A stretch of DNA of 60,236 nt from a virus. Lineage: Duplodnaviria; Caudoviricetes. The notes beneath the pieces are model-generated. The model searched no databases and was not told the origin of the DNA. It worked only from the letters and a program-made list of their open reading frames with translations. How positions within the stretch are numbered: the stretch's first letter is position 1; the number at the start of each line of letters is the position of its first letter. The stretch spans positions 1 through 60,236 of the IMG/VR virus record IMGVR_UViG_3300032224_001080; one strand, written 5' to 3'. Positions 45,660 through 56,786 of this stretch are shown here, in pieces. The position numbers and the translations under genes are program-made.

Positions 45660-48600
45660 ATGCCGAAATACCTAGATTTTGATACTACTAAAGATTTTAG
45701 GGATAATCTCTTAAAAAGGACATTAAATCCTGTTTATGGAAAAAGTCCATCCCCAAAAACTTTCACAAGTTCTGACTATAGTATTCAAACTTTAGGAGAT
45801 AGTTCAAACCTGTTATTACCTCAAGTAGATGGTAATAGGAAAAATGATTTATCATTACCTCAAAAGTCCAATATATTCAAACCAAACGAATATTTTGTAA
45901 AGGACACAATTGAAGATTTACCAAGAAGAGCAAATTTAAGTTTATATCCATATTTTACTCAAAGTGACGAAAATCTAATAGGTATCATGTTAACTAAGAA
46001 TTATGATACTGAATCTGAACTTTTTAAATTTGCATCAAAATATATTAGAACAGATTCAAATGGTCCTGTTTTGGCAAGAATTAATCAAAATCTTAATACC
46101 GCAATAAATGCAAAAAATAAGATAGGTGAGGCTTTAGGGGGTAATACAACCACTTTAATTAATATTATTAGAGGTAAAGAACCTTTTATTGAAGGAAATA
46201 ATAAGATTACTGTATCAAGTTCTTTATTAGGTAAGGGAGTTGATTTTTTACAAACTGTAGCAGGAACCCAATTACCTTTTAGTATAATACCTGGAGATTA
46301 TCTCACAAACCCTCGTAATCCCGTTAATATAAGACCAACAGATGTTTCATCAGGAACAAAGGCTTGGCAGGATTTAACAGGTGTTTTAGGGTCAATAGTG
46401 GGTATTCAGAGAAGACCTTTACCATCAAGAAAACCATCAGATATATTGATTGAACATATGGGTAGTTCATCAAAAAATAGGTTATTTGATTTATTATCGT
46501 ATTCAAAGTATTCACCAAATTATACCACAACGGCAAGATCACAAATGTCGACTAAATTAGGAAAATTTCCAAGTCAAATTGCACAGGGGGTTAAATCTCT
46601 TTTAGGTATGGAGGCACCAACTAGTGGGGCTTATATAGGTGACGATAGAGAAAATAACGTAAAAAACGCCACAACTGATTTATTTAGTGGACGACCAAAT
46701 AGAAGTAGTTATTATCTAACCCTTATGTATGATAAGGTGTCAGCAGAATTATTTCACAATACAAAGAGTATAATTGAGAATGGACCAATAGGTGGTAATT
46801 TAACTTGGATTAGTAAAAATAGAACAGATAAATCTGATATTAGTGTCTTAGATAAAACAAAATCAACCAATTTTAAATTTAGAACTGATTCTATTTTAGA
46901 AACTACACAACAAATATTAGATTCTAAACCACAAAATGGTGGAGATGCATTAGCACATATTGGACATGTATTAGATCAAACAAGTAAGTTTTTTAAAGAC
47001 GGAGATACATATATTTCAAGGGGTTCTGGTGTTAAATATATGGATAATTCAGGTAAAGATATAGGTGTTGAATATGCGAGGGTATGGACTAAAAATAGAC
47101 CATATTTTAATTACGGCGACACAATGCCATTATATAAGGAAACTACAAATAAACCTTATTATAGTGGAACTACAACCCCATATAGAAGAACCGGTATAAG
47201 AAAATTTGATAGTAGTGTAATGACAAATACATGGAACCTTAACATTGCACCAATGTCTGATGGTACTTCAAGTGATAAGTTTCCTGGATCAAGCAATATA
47301 CTACCTAATCCAAATGGAAATGGTTTTTATGCTAAAAAGTATATGTTATCTATTGAGAACTTAGCGTGGGCTTCATCAACATTACCTGGATTTACAGTTA
47401 ACGATTTACCATATTCAGAAAGAGGACCTAATGGTGGTCGTGTTATGTGGTTTCCACCATATGATTTAAAAGTATCAGAACAAAATAGTGCAAAATGGGA
47501 ACCTAACACATTTTTAGGTAGACCAGAACCAATTTATACATATCAAAATAGTGAAAGAAATGGTACAATTGGATTTAAAGTAGTTGTCGATCACCCAAGT
47601 GTTTTAAATTTATTAATAAGAGAACATTTTAAATCTGTTAATGAGCAAGATACGGACGCATATATAAACGCATTTTTTGCTGGTGCAAAAGATATTGATT
47701 TTTATAGTTTAATTAGACAATATTCACATTTGGATTCAGATGATATTAAAATGATTCAAAATTACTTAGGTAATGGAGGTAATCCATCTGATATTCAAAG
47801 ATTTAAAAATGGTGTTAGTTCCGTAGTAAAAGATAGTCCAGACGGTACTTCAACCCAAGATGCAAATAAAGAAAATGTTAAGAAAAAATTAAAATTAGTT
47901 TTTCCTAATGCGGAACCAGGAAAAGGAGATTCAAGTAAATCAGAATCTAATTATGGAACTTTTATGTCAAATATAAGTAAAACTAAAATTGAAACGTCAC
48001 TAAGATCTACTTTATCTAAAATTATTACAGGAACAACAGAAAATGATTTAAAAGATTGTATAAGTGTTTTTGGAAGAGATAGAATTGGGAGTTTAGATTC
48101 AGGTACCACCATAAATAGAATTGCCACAGATTTACAATTAATGTTTACAGCAAACGATACTGCAACATCTGATATGGTAAGTACGTTAAACACGTTAAAA
48201 AAAGATTTAGAAAGTAAAAGTGTTATTGGAGATGTAGTAATATTAATTAACTCAACAACGTCAAGAGCAGGAGAAGAAAAAGGTAATTATACATTATCTG
48301 TTAGAAGATCACATGCCGTTTATTTAACCGTATTAGATATATTAAATAAAAATAAAGTAGCAAGTAAATGGGATTTTAAAAAATTAGACAGCCAATCATT
48401 TGCAGATGGAATGGAGGTATACACTTATGAAAATCAATATCCATTAAGTTCAATAGATAAAGGATTAGGTTATGAAGGTCAAACGGGTAATCTTATCATA
48501 AGAACCACAAATTACGGATATAAAGCTAACATGGATAATGTTGATTGTAGTAAAGTTGATTATCAAAATAAAGATTTAATTGAATTTACACCATTATCAT

Positions 48601-50396
48601 ATGGTTGTAGAGCGTCAATATTCTCAGTTGAATATGACAAATCTAAAAAAGTAGATAGACCAATTAATGGTTCGGTTAATACTAAATTAAATCCAATAGG
48701 TACAATTAGTACTAATAAAACTAAACCTACCATTGATGTGATGAAAAGAATAATAATGAAAACATTATCGGAAGAATTTTACTTTAAAAAATTAGAGGAA
48801 AGTTCACCGATGATTTATAGTTCATTAAAAGAAAAATTAAGATATTTTCATCCAGGTTTTCACTCAATGACACCTGAAGGGTTAAACTCACGTTTAACAT
48901 TTTTACAACAATGTTTAAGACCTGGAGACACAATACCAGTTAAAGGTTTGTCCGATAACTCAGATATAAATGCAAGGAATACAACATTTGGTCCACCACC
49001 TGTTTGTGTTTTAAGGGTTGGAGATTTTTATAACTCAAAAGTTATTATAAAAGATCTTAATATACAGTTTGATCAAAACGTATGGGATTTAAATCCTGAG
49101 GGTATCGGAATTCAACCAATGATTGCAGATGTTACAATGCAAATAAGTTTCTTAGGTGGTCAAGGATTAGAAAAGCCAGTAGAAAGATTGCAAAATGCAT
49201 TATCATCGAATTTCTTTGCAAACACTGAAATGTATGACGAAAGATCAATTACAACAAACACAAAAATGGGAGGTAAAGATACAAGTGAATTTACAAAAGA
49301 ATTTATACAAAGTTTAAATGACACACAAATCCCAACTACAGGTTTAAAAGATAGTAACGGTAAAGGGTTAACTCAAGGTCAACATATTGGTTTATTTGTA
49401 AGTACTAGTGTAAATGGAGGACCTGAAGTTAAATCAATTAATTACAAATATTTGGTTAATGATTTATTTAAAGAAACGGAAAATTATTTCTTAAGTTACT
49501 CGGATATGTACAATAACATACTTACAACTTATGGTTCATTATTAACAAATTTATTAATTAATAAAGATTATAGGGTGTTAAAAACATATAGTGGAGGTAC
49601 AATGGGAAATATTGAATTTTTTGGTTTATATAAATCACCAAAAGATTTATCATATATGGTAAATTGGACAAATAGTAATATATTAAAATATTTAAATGAA
49701 AAATACGTTGGAGACAAGTATTATATTTTAGACATGTTAAAAATAAAAGAAAAAATACCTGTTGAATCCGCCGAATATTATGCGTCAACAATACACAATT
49801 ATATTATTAATAATCTTATAGATAAATTAAATACAATGTTAGAAATTCCATCTATAAAGAAATTTACAACAAATAGAGATAATTTAATTAAAATATTAGA
49901 TAAAGTTAAATTTATACTTGATAATGGTTATGATGTTAAAATTGATAATGGAAAAACATATAAGTCAACATTTACAACACCAATTAATTTTTATGACAGC
50001 GTAAAAAATTGTATAGATTATATTAACAATGACACTAAAAAAATGTACACTAAATTGGACACATCAATAAATTTTAATGATCAAGTATATAATGATAAAT
50101 CAATAAAAGATATAATTTATACACTTTACTATGAAGATAGAACAAAAATTATTGGTGCATTAGGAGTTGGTTTACAAACAACAAACGAATATCAAGTTTT
50201 GGATGAAGTCAATACAAAACTTATTGATGTATTCTATAAAGAAAAAGAAGTTAAAATTAAATTTGAAAAATCACCAAAACCTAAAAATGATAATGATATT
50301 ACTTATATTATAAGTAGTGAAATATTAGACACCACAACGGACGAAATAAAAGAAATTTTTAGTGGAAATATAAAAATTGAAAATAAATTAACATAA
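45660..50396 (+). CDS. large baseplate/tube-initiator protein with an inserted OmpA-C-like domain
   Basis: Tube-fold-like motifs (WEPNTFLGRPEPIYTY..SER; PPVCVLRVGDFY..KVII..L...PMIADVT) flank NYTLSVRRSHAV; TATTTATA box at 45638-45645. Confidence 0.55.
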   Translation: MPKYLDFDTTKDFRDNLLKRTLNPVYGKSPSPKTFTSSDYSIQTLGDSSNLLLPQVDGNRKNDLSLPQKSNIFKPNEYFVKDTIEDLPRRANLSLYPYFTQSDENLIGIMLTKNYDTESELFKFASKYIRTDSNGPVLARINQNLNTAINAKNKIGEALGGNTTTLINIIRGKEPFIEGNNKITVSSSLLGKGVDFLQTVAGTQLPFSIIPGDYLTNPRNPVNIRPTDVSSGTKAWQDLTGVLGSIVGIQRRPLPSRKPSDILIEHMGSSSKNRLFDLLSYSKYSPNYTTTARSQMSTKLGKFPSQIAQGVKSLLGMEAPTSGAYIGDDRENNVKNATTDLFSGRPNRSSYYLTLMYDKVSAELFHNTKSIIENGPIGGNLTWISKNRTDKSDISVLDKTKSTNFKFRTDSILETTQQILDSKPQNGGDALAHIGHVLDQTSKFFKDGDTYISRGSGVKYMDNSGKDIGVEYARVWTKNRPYFNYGDTMPLYKETTNKPYYSGTTTPYRRTGIRKFDSSVMTNTWNLNIAPMSDGTSSDKFPGSSNILPNPNGNGFYAKKYMLSIENLAWASSTLPGFTVNDLPYSERGPNGGRVMWFPPYDLKVSEQNSAKWEPNTFLGRPEPIYTYQNSERNGTIGFKVVVDHPSVLNLLIREHFKSVNEQDTDAYINAFFAGAKDIDFYSLIRQYSHLDSDDIKMIQNYLGNGGNPSDIQRFKNGVSSVVKDSPDGTSTQDANKENVKKKLKLVFPNAEPGKGDSSKSESNYGTFMSNISKTKIETSLRSTLSKIITGTTENDLKDCISVFGRDRIGSLDSGTTINRIATDLQLMFTANDTATSDMVSTLNTLKKDLESKSVIGDVVILINSTTSRAGEEKGNYTLSVRRSHAVYLTVLDILNKNKVASKWDFKKLDSQSFADGMEVYTYENQYPLSSIDKGLGYEGQTGNLIIRTTNYGYKANMDNVDCSKVDYQNKDLIEFTPLSYGCRASIFSVEYDKSKKVDRPINGSVNTKLNPIGTISTNKTKPTIDVMKRIIMKTLSEEFYFKKLEESSPMIYSSLKEKLRYFHPGFHSMTPEGLNSRLTFLQQCLRPGDTIPVKGLSDNSDINARNTTFGPPPVCVLRVGDFYNSKVIIKDLNIQFDQNVWDLNPEGIGIQPMIADVTMQISFLGGQGLEKPVERLQNALSSNFFANTEMYDERSITTNTKMGGKDTSEFTKEFIQSLNDTQIPTTGLKDSNGKGLTQGQHIGLFVSTSVNGGPEVKSINYKYLVNDLFKETENYFLSYSDMYNNILTTYGSLLTNLLINKDYRVLKTYSGGTMGNIEFFGLYKSPKDLSYMVNWTNSNILKYLNEKYVGDKYYILDMLKIKEKIPVESAEYYASTIHNYIINNLIDKLNTMLEIPSIKKFTTNRDNLIKILDKVKFILDNGYDVKIDNGKTYKSTFTTPINFYDSVKNCIDYINNDTKKMYTKLDTSINFNDQVYNDKSIKDIIYTLYYEDRTKIIGALGVGLQTTNEYQVLDEVNTKLIDVFYKEKEVKIKFEKSPKPKNDNDITYIISSEILDTTTDEIKEIFSGNIKIENKLT

Positions 50397-50397
50397 A

Positions 50398-50724
50398 ATG
50401 AGTAGAGATTATTTTGATAGATATCAATTTTTTATAAATGATGGTAATTTTAGAATTGTACCGGGGATAGATATTGCAATTAAAGGAACAGACAAATATA
50501 TACAATATAAAAAAGGTAAGGATAGATTGGATAAAATGTCACAAGAATATTACGGTAGCCCAACTTTTGGTTGGTTAATATTAATGGCTAACCCAACCGC
50601 GGGAAGTATTGAATTTAATATACCTGATAATTTCTTTTTAAGAATACCATATCCCTTAATTAGCTCTTTACAAGATTATAAAAGAGGTGTAGAATTGTAT
50701 AATCTATATTATGGAGAAAAATAA
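50398..50724 (+). CDS. LysM-like baseplate wedge protein (gp53/gpX-like)
   Basis: DRLDKMSQEYYGSP..GWLILMANP...LRIP. Confidence 0.75.
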   Translation: MSRDYFDRYQFFINDGNFRIVPGIDIAIKGTDKYIQYKKGKDRLDKMSQEYYGSPTFGWLILMANPTAGSIEFNIPDNFFLRIPYPLISSLQDYKRGVELYNLYYGEK

Positions 50725-53700
50725 CATATCAAATACGGAAGACATATACGTTAAGGTCGATCAAAATAATTTAATTTATATTGACCCAAACTCTACGATT
50801 GATAGTGAGGGAAATGTGTCTGCAAGAAATATAAAAGCAGAAAAATTGGTAATGTATGTCAATCTAGAAGCCGATATCATTCCAAGATCCATATTATCTT
50901 CAATTAATGATACAAATACGTTAACAAGTTTAGCTAAAGGAACATTAAATTTTCTTAAAAATGGCGACGGACAAGATTACGATACAACGTGGACAGACTC
51001 CTTTTTTAATACAGAAGAAAAAAAAGATAGTGATAAAAACCCAACAGGTGAATTTTTTCAATCAGATAAGACCGGCCAATCATTTGGTATAAGTGATATA
51101 ACAATATCAATAAAAGGATTTAATTCAATACCAACAATTAACATTAATTTCATAGATATAAGAGGTAAAACTTTATTTGAGTCACCTGAAAATTCACCAT
51201 ATAAAGCATTTTTTCATATACCATGGCCTATATTTTACTTAACTGTTAAAGGGTATTATGGTAAGGCTATAAAATATAGATTACATTTAGTTAAGTTTAC
51301 AAGTAAATTTAATGAATCAAGCGGTAATTTTGAAGTAAACACTTCTTTTGTCGGTTCAACATATGCATATCTATCTGATATTCCGTTACAAGGAATTTTA
51401 AATGCCCCGTATCTTTTCCCAACGGAAGCTATTAAAACAAGTAAAACAAACACAATAACACTTAAAGAACTTGAAACAATTAAGAAATCTGCGAGAGGTT
51501 ATGATATGTTAAAAACGGTCTATAATGAATATAAATTAAAAGGACTTATACCTGATGATTTTCCTGTTAAAACATTAAGAGAGGTTTTAACAATTGCCGA
51601 GACCTTAGATACTTTATTAGAAAAACAAATATTCGATCAAGTTGTAGATATGAGATTATTTGCGGCAATGAAAGAATTCGGTGAACATATTGATGAATTT
51701 GAAAAATCTGTTACCGGTTGGGCAAAAACTCGTTTAGAAAATATTCCAATAACTACATTAGAAAAAGAATATGATCCGACTGACCCAACTTCAGTATTTC
51801 AATCTTATTATCTTAAAGGAGATGATAAAAAATCAGCAAAATGGGTTGTAGGACCAAATGAAGACGGTACTTTGGATCATCTTTTAAATTTGTACACAAC
51901 AAAAATAGATAAAAGTCAACTTTTTACTAAAAATTTAATTAAGAATCAACCAAGTATGATTAATAATACTGGTTCTTCTTTTACTGAAAGTTCCTTAGGT
52001 ATTAGTAAAGTTAGTAAAAAAATAGATTCCTATATTGAAGTAAACGATAAAGAAGATTATAAAATTGTAGTAAAGATTGAAAAGTTGGTAAATGATATTA
52101 GAGGTGTTAGAAGAGGTTTTGAAGAACAAAGAGATAAATTAGAAAAGGCGGTAGAAACAAAAATGAACGAAATTGTTCGTAATAAAAAGAACGGTTTTGG
52201 GTTTGAACCAACAATAAGAAGTATTTTTGCGGTTATATTAGCAAACGCTGAAGTTTTGGTACGTTTAATGAAAGACGTACATAAAAGAGCATTTGATCAG
52301 GGAGAAACAAGGAAAAAAATTGTTTCTGATTTTTCAAAAGAAAGTACGGGAGATTCAATTTATCCATGGCCTGAATTAAAGGCAACAGTAAAAAATAAAG
52401 AGAATACAATAATTTATCCTGGAGACCCTGATTTTCAAGTAAGATTAGGATCTGATAATGCAACTAGATGGCCTGAAGTAGCTTTCCTTGAATCATATAT
52501 CGGTATTGCAACAAATAAAGTAGATCCTTTGGCTGACAAAGAAGGAGGAACTAATAAAGTACCAGATCAAACTGAGAGTAATGTTGACAATAAAAAAATT
52601 AAAAAAATAAGTTCAGCAAATAGTGTTGTTAATATATTACCATATGTAAATAAATTACCGGATAATTTTGTTTATGAAATATATGAAAGAGCGTTAACGT
52701 ATACATTAATTGATTCATTTTCAACAGAAACCATACAAGAATTGGCAGACATTGAATATAATAATATTTTTGAATCTGTAAATAAAGAAAGAACTATAAA
52801 AAAATTATTAAAAGAAAATATTTTAAATGGTGGATCACTTTTAACTCAGTTAGAAAAATTATCACCTTTTGATAAATTTTCATATTACAAAGATAATTTA
52901 CCAACAACAGATTATTTAAAATCTTTTTACGAACAATCTTTTAATATTGAACAGTATAAAACTTCCAGTAATTTCAATGATAAAACATCATATCCAAAAT
53001 TAGAAAAAGAATTAATTAATCTTGTACCAAAAGAATATAGAACTAATATATATCCATTTTCTTCTGACACATATATAAGCTACATAAAAGGGAAAGTAAC
53101 TTTTGATGAGAGTTTATTAAGATTTCATGGTTTTTTAGAGGTTGATACAACACAAGGTTTAATATCAGGACAAGCAGATCCTAAATTTTGGGTTAAATCA
53201 GATTACGAAACAAATTTATTTGCGAGAAAACTTAATGTAAACACAACCGCCACGAACATTTTAAATACACCATATTTTCACAAACAATTGTATACCGATT
53301 TTAATACAACAAAAACATCTTATGGAAAATATGCGGGATCTGCATACCTTTTATTAAACTCAATGGGATTTACCGAATTAGATGAAATTAAAGAAGGGTT
53401 AACAATTGAAGATAAAATACCATATAGTGTTTTACCTTCTTCTTTATTTAGAGAAGTTAGTTCTAGTCAGTATATACCATATCATTTAATTTTAAAATGG
53501 GGGTCTATATATCATAGATATAAAAAACATATAAATGAAGGTATAGATATTTTAACGGGATTTACAACATCAAACACTAATACGACAACAACACCTATTG
53601 ATGGAAGTGATTTTTTTGATAATAATAATGGTTTAATGTATTTTACTGAACCAAGTTCAAATACGGGATATCCTGTTACATATAACACACAAGATGATAT

Positions 53701-56530
53701 TTTTACGGACCCACTTAATCCAGTTTCAGTTCAAGGTCAAATTAATTTAGGTATACATCCATATTATGATAATATATTCTATAATGTTATAAATGATCTT
53801 AGTTATTATAGTTTTTCATTAGCAGAAACAAGCGATTATAGTCAATCAATAACTGATGGTAAATTGTTTTTAAAAAATGATATTGTAACAAATACGGGAG
53901 GTACAAGATATTATTGGACACAATTTGTTGATAATTCTTTAATAACAAATAAAGATACATTTACATTATTACCATCCGCAGGAGGAAACGCAAGGGTAGG
54001 TAATATAGATTCAACAACACTTGGAGAATTGACAAGCTCAAATAATACCTACTCAAACGAAGAACAAAATCATTTTAGAATTATTTGGGATGATGAATCA
54101 TTAAATGATAGTTTTAGTGGAAGAACATTTGCATCTCCAAATGAATATAATTTAACAATCGGTGGATATTATAGTATTTTAGGTGATCGTAAAAAAGTCA
54201 TGGATCTAATTGCAACATTTAATCCATCAATATTAGATGAGTTTGAAAATTATTTTTTAAATTTTGCATCAGAAAGAGTTAATTTAAACGTATCAAACAA
54301 ACAATTTGAAACAACGGTTTATAACAATTTTCAAGATTTATTAAAAGATATGGTTACGGTGGATAAAATTGACGAATCTAATATATCTAATAAAATAATA
54401 AAAATTAAAACTAAACAGGCGGAAAAATTAAAAAATATAACAACATCAATTTTATCTAACTCTAATTTAATAAAAATAACAATCGGTAATCCAAAAGAAC
54501 TTGATCCACACGTTTTAACTGGTTTTATCGGTAAGGATAAAAATAATACTTTAACTTATGGTAAGTACGATAATAGTCCACTATTAACAACACCAAATAA
54601 AAAGTTATTAGATCTTTATTTAGGACCAGAACCAACAACTGATTGCTATAAAAATTTCTTTATTGACAATGATATTGAAATTACAGAAGATAATGTATTA
54701 ATGTTTAGACCAATAGTTTACATGTATGGAGGTTTTAAAAAACTTGGATTAAGTATAAGTTTTAAAGATTATCTTGATGAAAATATTTTTACTTTACCAT
54801 TGGCGGCAAATTCAAGATTTAATACTTTTATTGATCATCTATTACCCCAATTTACAAAATTAAAAGATGAACAAGACCAAACAAAAATTACTTTTTTTGA
54901 TGGTTATAATAATAAAGGTCTAAAAGTTGAACTTTATAATTTCTTTAAATCCATGAATGATAAATGGATCGCCGGTAATTCAATAGGACAAAGATCTTTA
55001 TTAGAGGAGTTTTTATTTTTAGATAAGGCAAATAAAGATATTGGTAACGATTACTATTTTGACATATCAAGATTAAAAATGTTAGGTGACCCTAAGAATT
55101 CAAAAATAAGTTTATTTAGTGCCATATCAACTTTTTTAAGTGGAACTGGTTTTGATTTAAGAGCACTACCGGCTTACGTTAATTTTTATGGTACCAATTT
55201 TTCAAATACACCTAAAATAATACCATCCAAAAAAATTGCACAGAATATATTTGGAACGTTTTTAGAAGTAGATACCCAAGAATCCTCACCCAAAATTGTT
55301 ATTCAATATGTGGGTAAGAATTCAACACGTCCCGATATGGGGAAACTTGGTAAATATAAATTTAACGATGATAGTTTTAATATTAGTAATACCAATAATA
55401 ATCCAGTTATGATTACTTTACCTAAAGTTTTTAAGACTGGAGATTTATCAAAAACTAATAAAGTGGTTGCATTTGAAGTTAGTTTTGGTGATCAAAACCA
55501 AAGTATTTTTAAAGGAGTTACTTTAGATCAAGCATCAATTAAAAATACAACTGAGTCTTTTTATGTATTAGAAAACTTAGCGAGATCTGAATCAGGTTCG
55601 GGTGCACATAATGTTGATATTGGGTTATATGATTATTATAGACAAGCGGCTTATACTTGTGATGTAACATGTATGGGTAATGTAATGATACAACCCACAA
55701 TGTATTTTTACCTTAAAAACATACCAATGTTTAAAGGTACATATTGGATTACTGAAGTAACACATTCAATAAAAAACGGATCAATTACAACATCATTTAA
55801 AGGTTCAAGGATGCCATATACCGCTCTTCCTGATTTAAAGGATTCCTTTATGTCAAGTTATAAAACATTATTTGATAAATTACAACAAAAAGCGGTTAAT
55901 AGAATTAAGGGTGCGGATAAGGTTACCGAAACATCAAAAACGGTTACAAACGCCGACGGAGGTCATTATACATTTGATACTACAGATAAAAAAGTGGACG
56001 GAGAAGTATTCGTAAGTGAAGCTTCAATTACAAAGGCAGGTATTCCATTTAACGGTTATTTAGATTCAAGGTATATTACAAAAGTTACACATCCATCTGG
56101 TACGTGGTTAAGAGCACAAGCGGTTAGAATGGGAGAAGATAAATATAAAGTACAAGATGATGCTAGAATGTCAATTGTTACTCAATCAAAAACTAAAGAA
56201 AATCCACCATTAACGTGGGAAATGGTTTATTATTTTACTAAAGATTATTATTTCTATTCAACTAATTTTAATTTCTCAACAGACAAATCTAACGTTGATG
56301 ATATGATTAAAATGAAATCAACTTTCTTTAACCCAAATAAATCTAATGTTAAACCAATAACAATTAATACCAAGTTTGAATTGGATAGTGATGTAACATC
56401 ACCAATTAAATTTTCAGGGGCGATTGATCAAATGAGGTCGGCTGAACCATATGGTATTGCGTTATCTGATAAGTTAATGACAGATTTAAGATTGGATGAT
56501 GGGGACATAGTTTACTTTAATGTAGGATAA
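50711..56530 (+). CDS. large baseplate hub protein (gp27/gpD-like termini)
   Basis: N-terminal FGISDITI....P.ININFIDIRG and C-terminal CDVTCMGNVMIQP.MYF.L..IPMFKG.YWITEVTHSI hub-like motifs; follows the LysM wedge gene. Confidence 0.6.
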   Translation: MEKNNISNTEDIYVKVDQNNLIYIDPNSTIDSEGNVSARNIKAEKLVMYVNLEADIIPRSILSSINDTNTLTSLAKGTLNFLKNGDGQDYDTTWTDSFFNTEEKKDSDKNPTGEFFQSDKTGQSFGISDITISIKGFNSIPTININFIDIRGKTLFESPENSPYKAFFHIPWPIFYLTVKGYYGKAIKYRLHLVKFTSKFNESSGNFEVNTSFVGSTYAYLSDIPLQGILNAPYLFPTEAIKTSKTNTITLKELETIKKSARGYDMLKTVYNEYKLKGLIPDDFPVKTLREVLTIAETLDTLLEKQIFDQVVDMRLFAAMKEFGEHIDEFEKSVTGWAKTRLENIPITTLEKEYDPTDPTSVFQSYYLKGDDKKSAKWVVGPNEDGTLDHLLNLYTTKIDKSQLFTKNLIKNQPSMINNTGSSFTESSLGISKVSKKIDSYIEVNDKEDYKIVVKIEKLVNDIRGVRRGFEEQRDKLEKAVETKMNEIVRNKKNGFGFEPTIRSIFAVILANAEVLVRLMKDVHKRAFDQGETRKKIVSDFSKESTGDSIYPWPELKATVKNKENTIIYPGDPDFQVRLGSDNATRWPEVAFLESYIGIATNKVDPLADKEGGTNKVPDQTESNVDNKKIKKISSANSVVNILPYVNKLPDNFVYEIYERALTYTLIDSFSTETIQELADIEYNNIFESVNKERTIKKLLKENILNGGSLLTQLEKLSPFDKFSYYKDNLPTTDYLKSFYEQSFNIEQYKTSSNFNDKTSYPKLEKELINLVPKEYRTNIYPFSSDTYISYIKGKVTFDESLLRFHGFLEVDTTQGLISGQADPKFWVKSDYETNLFARKLNVNTTATNILNTPYFHKQLYTDFNTTKTSYGKYAGSAYLLLNSMGFTELDEIKEGLTIEDKIPYSVLPSSLFREVSSSQYIPYHLILKWGSIYHRYKKHINEGIDILTGFTTSNTNTTTTPIDGSDFFDNNNGLMYFTEPSSNTGYPVTYNTQDDIFTDPLNPVSVQGQINLGIHPYYDNIFYNVINDLSYYSFSLAETSDYSQSITDGKLFLKNDIVTNTGGTRYYWTQFVDNSLITNKDTFTLLPSAGGNARVGNIDSTTLGELTSSNNTYSNEEQNHFRIIWDDESLNDSFSGRTFASPNEYNLTIGGYYSILGDRKKVMDLIATFNPSILDEFENYFLNFASERVNLNVSNKQFETTVYNNFQDLLKDMVTVDKIDESNISNKIIKIKTKQAEKLKNITTSILSNSNLIKITIGNPKELDPHVLTGFIGKDKNNTLTYGKYDNSPLLTTPNKKLLDLYLGPEPTTDCYKNFFIDNDIEITEDNVLMFRPIVYMYGGFKKLGLSISFKDYLDENIFTLPLAANSRFNTFIDHLLPQFTKLKDEQDQTKITFFDGYNNKGLKVELYNFFKSMNDKWIAGNSIGQRSLLEEFLFLDKANKDIGNDYYFDISRLKMLGDPKNSKISLFSAISTFLSGTGFDLRALPAYVNFYGTNFSNTPKIIPSKKIAQNIFGTFLEVDTQESSPKIVIQYVGKNSTRPDMGKLGKYKFNDDSFNISNTNNNPVMITLPKVFKTGDLSKTNKVVAFEVSFGDQNQSIFKGVTLDQASIKNTTESFYVLENLARSESGSGAHNVDIGLYDYYRQAAYTCDVTCMGNVMIQPTMYFYLKNIPMFKGTYWITEVTHSIKNGSITTSFKGSRMPYTALPDLKDSFMSSYKTLFDKLQQKAVNRIKGADKVTETSKTVTNADGGHYTFDTTDKKVDGEVFVSEASITKAGIPFNGYLDSRYITKVTHPSGTWLRAQAVRMGEDKYKVQDDARMSIVTQSKTKENPPLTWEMVYYFTKDYYFYSTNFNFSTDKSNVDDMIKMKSTFFNPNKSNVKPITINTKFELDSDVTSPIKFSGAIDQMRSAEPYGIALSDKLMTDLRLDDGDIVYFNVG

Positions 56531-56579
56531 TAAGAATATTAATAAAAGTTGGGATATTTATACATATAAAACAAATATT

Positions 56580-56783
56580 ATGGAAAATAATAGATTAAAT
56601 GATACCATGGATCAGTTTTTAAACTCTAAAAAGATTAAAAACGTATCAAATGATGGTATGGAAAGAGAAGAATGTGATTTAGTAACAGGCGAATGTTACA
56701 CAATCAGAGAAAAAGACGGAATCGTTGAAAGAATAAATAAAAAATACGTTACAAACGACGGTAGACAATTATTACAAGATTAA
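56580..56783 (+). CDS. hypothetical protein
   Basis: 67 aa with CDLVTGEC; TATTTATA box at 56555-56562. Confidence 0.65.
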   Translation: MENNRLNDTMDQFLNSKKIKNVSNDGMEREECDLVTGECYTIREKDGIVERINKKYVTNDGRQLLQD

Positions 56784-56786
56784 GCC

